Shown here in pieces: positions 7,161 to 13,126 of a stretch of 13,126 bases of DNA. The position numbers were made by a program, and so were the translations under genes. The DNA comes from Candidatus Heimdallarchaeota archaeon (GTDB lineage Archaea; Asgardarchaeota; Wukongarchaeia; Wukongarchaeales; JBHIFL01), in NCBI GenBank assembly GCA_046761065.1, contig JBHIFL010000097.1, positions 1-13,126 of the forward strand, in the 5' to 3' direction. The stretch's first letter is position 1, and each line of letters opens with the position of its first letter. Under the pieces are notes generated by a model. The model did no database searches. It saw nothing but the letters and a program-made list of their open reading frames with translations, and was not told the origin of the DNA.

Positions 7161-8312
7161 TTATTGTTTCTTGCGGTTATCAAGTACTTTGCACTCCATC
7201 AACTCATGATCTTTCATTGAAATTCCCAAAACGGTTCTTAATGCATTTAACATTAACTTTCGCTCCTTGCGTTCTTGTTCAGTGATATTATCACTTGTCC
7301 ACACGAACTCTAGTTGCTTTTGATAAATTTCGAGATCGCGGGTTGTAGGAAGCGTGTCAACGCGTGTATGGGGGAATAATTTAGTAGTAAGGCTAGAAGT
7401 GGTACCTTTGATCGGAACAAGAGCCGTAACCACAATAAATCCGGCCAATAGAGTTGCTACCTGATTCCCACTGAATAAGAGATCCGAAATTAGGGAGATC
7501 AATGTTTCTCTGCTTAAAATAAAGATCCAGGCAAGACCTATGTTCAATAGTGTATACTGAACACTTTTCGAAACAATTACATCAATATCAAAAAGCTTAT
7601 CCTTCAGAATTCCATAAGCAATTATAGCTCCAGAGATTGAAAGAGATACAATAGTAAATTCTAATTTTGGGTGATATTTTTCAACAAATAACGATAAAAA
7701 GATAGTCAGATTTAGTAAAATGGCAGGAATTAAGCTCGATAAAACAAAATATGCAGCACGTCGCCTCAATTCTAGATCTACATTCTGTCTGAACATCCGA
7801 AAGAAGTTGATAGTGGCTAAAGTCGCCATCAATCCTATGTAAATGTAAAAGAAAAGGAATAGGAGGGAACTGAAGGACGTAGCTTCAATACCCCCATAGA
7901 GCCCAAAAAGGGAATATTCAGTTTCACCTACGTTGGGATAAATCCATTTAGAGTTTATTAAATAAATTGAGATATAAAATAATGGTACTGAATAAATAAC
8001 AACCAGTTTCTTCTTCTCAAATATTGAGCTATTTTTCAGAAATATATATGAGAAATGATATGTGGTTGCAGTTGCACAAGTTGATGCGATGAGATTAATA
8101 GCGGACCAAATAACCCAGATATTTGGATCTAAACTATTTGTAGCTAATGCCGCTGCAAAAGACAGAAGTGCGACAAAGAATTGAGAAAATATATATAATT
8201 GAATCTGTTTATCTGCTCGTTTCTTTGAAAATAAAAGTAATGTAATAACAAAACTAACGAAAAATGAAAAGAAATACGGAATGGACCACATATTAAAAAA
8301 ATATCGAGACAT
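7161..8312 (-). CDS. Membrane protein with HisKA_7TM-like sensor domain, two extra TM helices and a short cytoplasmic helical tail; no kinase domain
   Basis: About 9 hydrophobic segments. YHFSYIF and IAYGILKDKLFDID match the 7TM sensor signature (YAI.KY.LFDI). C-terminal tail LEIY...IT..E...ML..LR..LGIS...H. Confidence 0.7.
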   Translation of the reverse strand: MSRYFFNMWSIPYFFSFFVSFVITLLLFSKKRADKQIQLYIFSQFFVALLSFAAALATNSLDPNIWVIWSAINLIASTCATATTYHFSYIFLKNSSIFEKKKLVVIYSVPLFYISIYLINSKWIYPNVGETEYSLFGLYGGIEATSFSSLLFLFFYIYIGLMATLATINFFRMFRQNVDLELRRRAAYFVLSSLIPAILLNLTIFLSLFVEKYHPKLEFTIVSLSISGAIIAYGILKDKLFDIDVIVSKSVQYTLLNIGLAWIFILSRETLISLISDLLFSGNQVATLLAGFIVVTALVPIKGTTSSLTTKLFPHTRVDTLPTTRDLEIYQKQLEFVWTSDNITEQERKERKLMLNALRTVLGISMKDHELMECKVLDNRKKQ

Positions 8313-8413
8313 TTAATCCAATATCCTTTGAAGGGCTGTGTTTTGAGCAAATAAGCCTATAAGAAATAAACTTACATTATTGTTATTTCAATTTATTCAC
8401 ATGTTTGATAGTA

Positions 8414-9478
8414 TCATCCCTTATCATCTCTTAATTGATGCCATTCCCTAGCAAATTTAGCTTTCATAGTTTCTTTGTCATTCTCAGACATGAATGAGGC
8501 TTCGATACCGTTTATTGTCAGCTGTTTGATGTCATTTACTGTGAAATTTAGTTTCTGCGCGATCATTAGGTATTCTTGTGTAATAGTGGTATTGAACATT
8601 GTGGGATCATCAGAGTTCACAGTTACCATTAGTCCATCTTCATAGTATTGTTTAATAGGATGACTCTCCACAGACTCACACACTTTCGTCTTCACGTTGC
8701 TAACTACACATATTTCTAATGGAATTTGTCGTTCCTTAAGAAACGAGATAAGATGTGGATCCTCTTTTGCTCTTACACCATGACCAATCCGTTCACATCC
8801 TAATTTTCTTAATGCTGCCCATATCGAGTTTGCACCATCTGCTTCCCCAGCATGGGCGGTAAGTCTGAAGCCTCGCCGTTTCGCTTCTTTGTAAACGTAA
8901 GCATATGGATGTGCTGGGCATTTTTGTTCAGATCCTCCAAGACCAATACCTATGACCCCTTTACCCAAATAGGGAGTAACTTCATCTAAACGTTGCATGC
9001 CTACATCTGGTCCATGATTCCTTATGAGATCCACAATCAATTCGCTTCGAATACCAAAATCGTTGTATGCTCTTTCTTTCCCTTTAATCATGTATTCTGT
9101 GATCTTTTGGACGGATAAACCCTGTCTCCAGTAATCTCCTGGAGAATAAAATGCTTCAACATATTTAACATTCTGTTCGTTAAGATTACGCAGTACTTGA
9201 TAGGCTATTTCTTGAAAATCTTTTTCTTCTTTGATTAAAGTAGTCATCCAAGTCCATACATCAATGAAATGTGCAAAATCGGTATAGGTTAGTTTTTTTT
9301 CCAAATCATCAATCGATTTTATTGATGGATTATCACCATCATGTTGGATGAGCTCATACAGCGTCTCCAACGGGATGGCTCCTTCCAAATGGAGATGAAG
9401 TTCCGTTTTGGGCATTTCTCTTATTATTTTCTCAAACTTGTTTCTATTAATCATGTCGATCATAGTCCTGCTATTCAT
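8414..9478 (-). CDS. add: Adenosine deaminase family protein
   Basis: PKTELHLHLEG, TAHAGE, RIGHG, EIC..SN and VNSDDP catalytic/Zn motifs. The exact start among three Met codons is uncertain. Confidence 0.92.
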   Translation of the reverse strand: MNSRTMIDMINRNKFEKIIREMPKTELHLHLEGAIPLETLYELIQHDGDNPSIKSIDDLEKKLTYTDFAHFIDVWTWMTTLIKEEKDFQEIAYQVLRNLNEQNVKYVEAFYSPGDYWRQGLSVQKITEYMIKGKERAYNDFGIRSELIVDLIRNHGPDVGMQRLDEVTPYLGKGVIGIGLGGSEQKCPAHPYAYVYKEAKRRGFRLTAHAGEADGANSIWAALRKLGCERIGHGVRAKEDPHLISFLKERQIPLEICVVSNVKTKVCESVESHPIKQYYEDGLMVTVNSDDPTMFNTTITQEYLMIAQKLNFTVNDIKQLTINGIEASFMSENDKETMKAKFAREWHQLRDDKG

Positions 9479-9497
9479 TCAACACACAAATTTTCTT

Positions 9498-10312
9498 CTA
9501 GGCAGATAAGAATCCGCCACCAACCGGGATAAACGCTCCATGGACATAACTAGATAATTCACTAGATAATACCAACGCTATCTGGGCTACTTCATCTGGT
9601 TGCCCAAATCGTCCAAGCAGTAATCTTGTCTTAAACTCGATTCCTGATTTTATTCGACCTAATTTAAGCTTGAAAATTTCTTTTGCAACGTATTTAACTC
9701 CAGGAGTTATTATTCCTCCAGGTATAATTACATTAACTCGAAATCCATATTTGCCATATTCTTTAGCTAACGCTCTTGTGATCGCAAGGACTCCTGCCTT
9801 ACTCATAATATAATGGTTAGATCTTTCTCGAATGGTAATATCGCCTCAATTGACCCAACATTGATTATTACTCCTCCCGTCTTTAATTGTCGTTTTATAA
9901 AATTCTGGCACATCCAACAAACTGAATTCAAATTAATCCCCAATATCTTCTCCAAAAAGGGTTCATCACCTTCTAAGAAGTCCTGAAAAGGATATACTCC
10001 CGCATTGTTTACCAGAATATCTAGTTCTTTTCTCGTCAACTTCTCCCATAAACTATCAATATCCTCTTTTTTGGAAAGATCTACATTGTGCAAGTTTATT
10101 TCTAAATCGAACTGGGAAAGCTCTTCTTTTACCACTTTTAACCCTTCATCATTTATATCAACAAGTTCTAACGCAGCACCTGCTTCAACAAATCTATATG
10201 CAATTGCACATCCAATGCCTGTGGCGGATCCTGTAATTAGAGCCCTTTTTTCAGTTAACGAAATAAGTTCAGATATAGATTTCAAATTATTTGTTTTCGC
10301 CGGCTTCCTCAT
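9498..10312 (-). pseudogene. SDR-family (FabG-like) oxidoreductase split by a single-base frameshift
   Basis: The 5' part has TGSATGIG, NNAG and GS; the 3' part has SKAG...RVN...PG...GRFGQPDEVA. Adding one C to CTA ACC ATT ATA TTA TGA gives CTA ACC CAT TAT ATT ATG AGT AAG = LTHYIMSK, restoring YxxxK and a single 271-aa ORF. GAGGT SD upstream of 10312. Confidence 0.88.
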
Positions 10313-10435
10313 ATCTAAATACCTCTGAAAATCAGATGGACTTGACTCAACTGTAAGTTTTGTAAGTTAAACTCGCAATAGTCCAGCATGCAATCATAAT
10401 TTACAAATAGATAAAGTAGTAGATGATATCGAATT

Positions 10436-10446
10436 AGAAAAAAGAA
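10436..10446 (-). terminator. Possible T-tract terminator after the nucleoside hydrolase gene
   Basis: Minus strand TTCTTTTTTCT about 20 nt after the stop codon. Confidence 0.3.
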
Positions 10447-10466
10447 TTTATCTCTTTCTTTTCGAT

Positions 10467-11363
10467 TTATCCCGTATATCGAGCTACAAGGAAATCCAGA
10501 AAAGCATTCTGGTTTTTCCAAGCGATAGCAACATTCATTGATCGGCCGGAATTATCTTCTCGTATCTTCCCATCAGCGCCAACCTTGATTTTCATTTCTT
10601 TCATTACTAGATTTTCCTCGCTTAGAGCAAGATAAATGGCCACCGTATCAAAAAGGACTGTACTTTCCCTCTCAAAATTCTTATCTGGCTTATTCCATTT
10701 ATGATAATTTTCAATAACAGCCGCAGTAATGGGATTTCGACAGTTCTTCACAGCTTGGTAGCGTCGGCTTTGCAAGCGAATGAGACCACAAGTATCCAAT
10801 GGGGTAATTGTGATCGAACGCCAATTTGCTGAGAGCACTTTCTGAGCTGCTGGGATATCCTTGACCACATTGTATTCAGCTGTAATCCCCTCATGACCAT
10901 TATAACCTCGACAAATACTGCCCTGCATTCCGATGAAATGAGCATTTTTCACAATATCAGGCTCTTGATCTAGGGCTACTTTGATATTGGTTAGTGGGCC
11001 AATACAGATGAGCTTTATCACATCTGGTGAATCCATGATGGTCCGAATCATGGCTTCAATACCATTTTCATGGACTTTACCCTGGAATTGATCTAGGTTA
11101 TAATTTTCTATCCACGCAGTCTGTCTTTTAGCTAAAAGGTCCATCTCTTGGGCGATACCAATACCTACTGGGATATCAGTCCTTCCAGCTATGTCCAATA
11201 TCTTACAAACAATTTTTGCGCGATAATGAGTGTCACCGGTCGTAGTGGTTATTAATTTCACTTCCAACTCTGGAGATTTTAACATCAAGCCTAATGCCCA
11301 TGTATCATCAATATCTGTACCAATGTCCGTGTCCAGTATAACCGGAGTTTTCGATAAGTTCAT
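10467..11363 (-). CDS. Nucleoside hydrolase (IUNH family)
   Basis: N-terminal Asp cluster ILDTDIGTDIDD, IGPLTNI, AEYN...D..AA, PLD and LFD. GAGGAG SD upstream. Confidence 0.9.
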   Translation of the reverse strand: MNLSKTPVILDTDIGTDIDDTWALGLMLKSPELEVKLITTTTGDTHYRAKIVCKILDIAGRTDIPVGIGIAQEMDLLAKRQTAWIENYNLDQFQGKVHENGIEAMIRTIMDSPDVIKLICIGPLTNIKVALDQEPDIVKNAHFIGMQGSICRGYNGHEGITAEYNVVKDIPAAQKVLSANWRSITITPLDTCGLIRLQSRRYQAVKNCRNPITAAVIENYHKWNKPDKNFERESTVLFDTVAIYLALSEENLVMKEMKIKVGADGKIREDNSGRSMNVAIAWKNQNAFLDFLVARYTG

Positions 11364-11459
11364 TTAACTTCTCCTCAAATTTCAGAAATTTTGAAGTTAC
11401 TAATAAAAGAGGATCAACTCACCTCTATCTTTTTTCACGTGTATAAATCTCAGATAGTA

Positions 11460-13064
11460 TTAACGAAGTGTTTGCCAGTGGATCTTCCCACCCACCATCG
11501 TTAGATCGACCTCTACGTTCTTGATCTGCTCTGGCGGGATGACAGATAGGTCCTCTGATAGGATTGCTATATCAGCGAGCTTCCCTGGTTCGATCGATCC
11601 TTTGATATCTTCCTCGAAAGAAGCATAAGCGCCATAGAGGGTATAGCACTTAACAGCTTCCTCTAGACTGATCCGACTCTCTTCAATAGGGTGAAAAACA
11701 GCAGACCAGATACCGTAAAGAGGGTTGAAGGGCCATGGAGGACAGTAACCACAATCGGAGCCGAATGCCACTTTTATCCCTTCATCAAGCATTTTTCGGT
11801 AGGGATTGCTGAGTCTCAAGCGATCTAGGCCCAGACGCTGCTCATACATCCCGTCCGGCTGGCCCCACTCCCCGATAAAATTGGGTTGCATCGATGGCAC
11901 GATCTCTAAACGCTTGATCCTGTGGATCTGGTCCTCTGTGAGTATTTCACAGTGTTCAATCCTGTGACGATGATCCGCCCTCCACTCCTGTCCAAGCGCT
12001 GCCTCAATGGCGTTGAGGGCCTCTTCGATCCCCCTGTCGCCGATAGCGTGAATAGCAACTTGTAACCCTAATTTGTGTGCCCTCACCACCCGTTGTTCCA
12101 GATCCTCGAGAGGAATGTTGAAGATCCCAGTTGTAGAAGGATCATCCGCATAGGGTTCAAAAAAGACCGCGGTTCGTGCTCCCATGGAACCATCTACATA
12201 GATCTTTACTGAACCGATTCGAAAAACCTCATTACCAAATCGTGTTCTGACACCAAGAGCCTCCAATCCGTCTAACATCTTTTCTGTAAAACGCGCTGTG
12301 GGCATGACGTAAGATCTCACCTTTAATATTCCATTTTCACAGGCCGTCTGGTAGGTACTGATGTCGATGGGGTCTGAACCCAACTCGTGGATACTTGTGC
12401 AACCCCATCTCAAAGCAATCTCACATGCCTTTTGTAGACCATTCAAGGAATCCTCCTGCGTAGTTGGGGGTTTTACCTCATCAATAAGTTTAATCGCTTC
12501 CTCTCTCAGCACACCTGTGGCTTCACCTGATACAGGGTCTCGATCAATTTTGCCCCCTGGCGGGTCAGGGGTCTCTTTATTAATCTGAATGAGCTCAAGT
12601 GCCCGAGTATTCACCGATGCCAAATGCCCGTAAAAAGGAGTGAGTGCAACAGGATTATCCGGAGATACAGGATCAAGATCATCCTTTGTAGGATATCTTT
12701 TCTCACTCCAGACGCTTTCATCAAAACCATGACCATTGAGCCAAGTCCCTTTCGGCAACTCGGTTAACTTGGCTTTGACTCGTTCCACGACCTCAGAAAT
12801 GGATCTAGTTCTAGATAGGTTTAGCGTTGTAAGAGATCGGATTCCCATTATTATGAAATGGGTATGACTATCTATAAAACCAGGTATGATGGTCTTTCCT
12901 TGAGCTTCTAGGACCTTAGCACCCTTTGGGATATCAACTTCGTCTGAAGGTCCAACTTCAATAATCTTGGATCCAAAGATGACAACTGAGCTATCCTGAA
13001 TGGGAGGTTTTCCCGTTCCATCAATTAAGGTACCGTTCATTATTCCAATAGGACGGTCTGCCAT
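11460..13064 (-). CDS. YtcJ/NfdA-like metal-dependent amidohydrolase (amidohydrolase 3 family)
   Basis: PGFIDSHTH, KIYVDGSMGARTA, HAIGD, RIEH, FGSD and GSIEPGKLAD. Start moved to ATG 13064 (MADRP) because GAGGTG lies 7 nt upstream. Confidence 0.9.
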   Translation of the reverse strand: MADRPIGIMNGTLIDGTGKPPIQDSSVVIFGSKIIEVGPSDEVDIPKGAKVLEAQGKTIIPGFIDSHTHFIIMGIRSLTTLNLSRTRSISEVVERVKAKLTELPKGTWLNGHGFDESVWSEKRYPTKDDLDPVSPDNPVALTPFYGHLASVNTRALELIQINKETPDPPGGKIDRDPVSGEATGVLREEAIKLIDEVKPPTTQEDSLNGLQKACEIALRWGCTSIHELGSDPIDISTYQTACENGILKVRSYVMPTARFTEKMLDGLEALGVRTRFGNEVFRIGSVKIYVDGSMGARTAVFFEPYADDPSTTGIFNIPLEDLEQRVVRAHKLGLQVAIHAIGDRGIEEALNAIEAALGQEWRADHRHRIEHCEILTEDQIHRIKRLEIVPSMQPNFIGEWGQPDGMYEQRLGLDRLRLSNPYRKMLDEGIKVAFGSDCGYCPPWPFNPLYGIWSAVFHPIEESRISLEEAVKCYTLYGAYASFEEDIKGSIEPGKLADIAILSEDLSVIPPEQIKNVEVDLTMVGGKIHWQTLR

Positions 13065-13126
13065 ATCAAAACACCTCACAATTTACTCACTATCAAACCC
13101 CTAAGATTTTCCATCTTGTGGCAAAA

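Noticed and set aside
9498-10312. Two independent coupled genes, or programmed ribosomal frameshifting
   Set aside because: The halves reconstruct one SDR with a single added base, and there is no slippery sequence.
8144-10945. ORFs 8144..8350, 9341..9532, 10005..10328, 10315..10521 and 10748..10945
   Set aside because: Alternate-frame or antisense overlaps of stronger genes, with no recognisable motifs.
11403-11430. Hairpin AGAGG..CCTCT plus T-rich tail (minus strand) as an intrinsic terminator
   Set aside because: Only a 5-bp stem, too weak to call.
12361-12588. ORF 12361..12588 (+)
   Set aside because: Antisense to the amidohydrolase.
1-13126. CRISPR array, tRNA/rRNA, integrase/transposase or a known defence system
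   Set aside because: No regularly spaced repeats, cloverleaf folds or relevant protein motifs were seen. The methyltransferase lacks DNA-methyltransferase motifs (DPPY/NPPY/PCQ).

Overview
AT-rich, probably archaeal window. This is inferred from BRE/TATA-like promoters, GAGGTG/AGGAG Shine-Dalgarno sites and T-tract terminators; the lineage cannot be fixed from the sequence. It holds about 13 genes and no rRNA, tRNA, CRISPR array or transposase. The flanks are metabolic and rich in nucleoside/nucleobase-turnover enzymes: a dihydropyrimidinase cut by the window edge and missed by the ORF track, a TIM-barrel glycoside-hydrolase-like protein, a saccharopine/lysine-dehydrogenase-family enzyme, a HAD phosphatase, adenosine deaminase, an SDR split by a 1-nt frameshift, a nucleoside hydrolase and a YtcJ-like amidohydrolase. 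The most interesting part is the centre (3780-5889). A SAM methyltransferase matches the eukaryotic 18S rRNA m7G methyltransferase Bud23/WBSCR22 motif by motif. It sits between two opposite-strand 93-aa paralogs (~66% identical) that resemble a soluble fragment of the GspF/PilC domain, next to an ATP-cone fusion protein. There is also a 9-TM sensor-like protein with no kinase domain and a short TerB/ENT-like helical tail. All family assignments come from motif recognition by eye, not from database searches.
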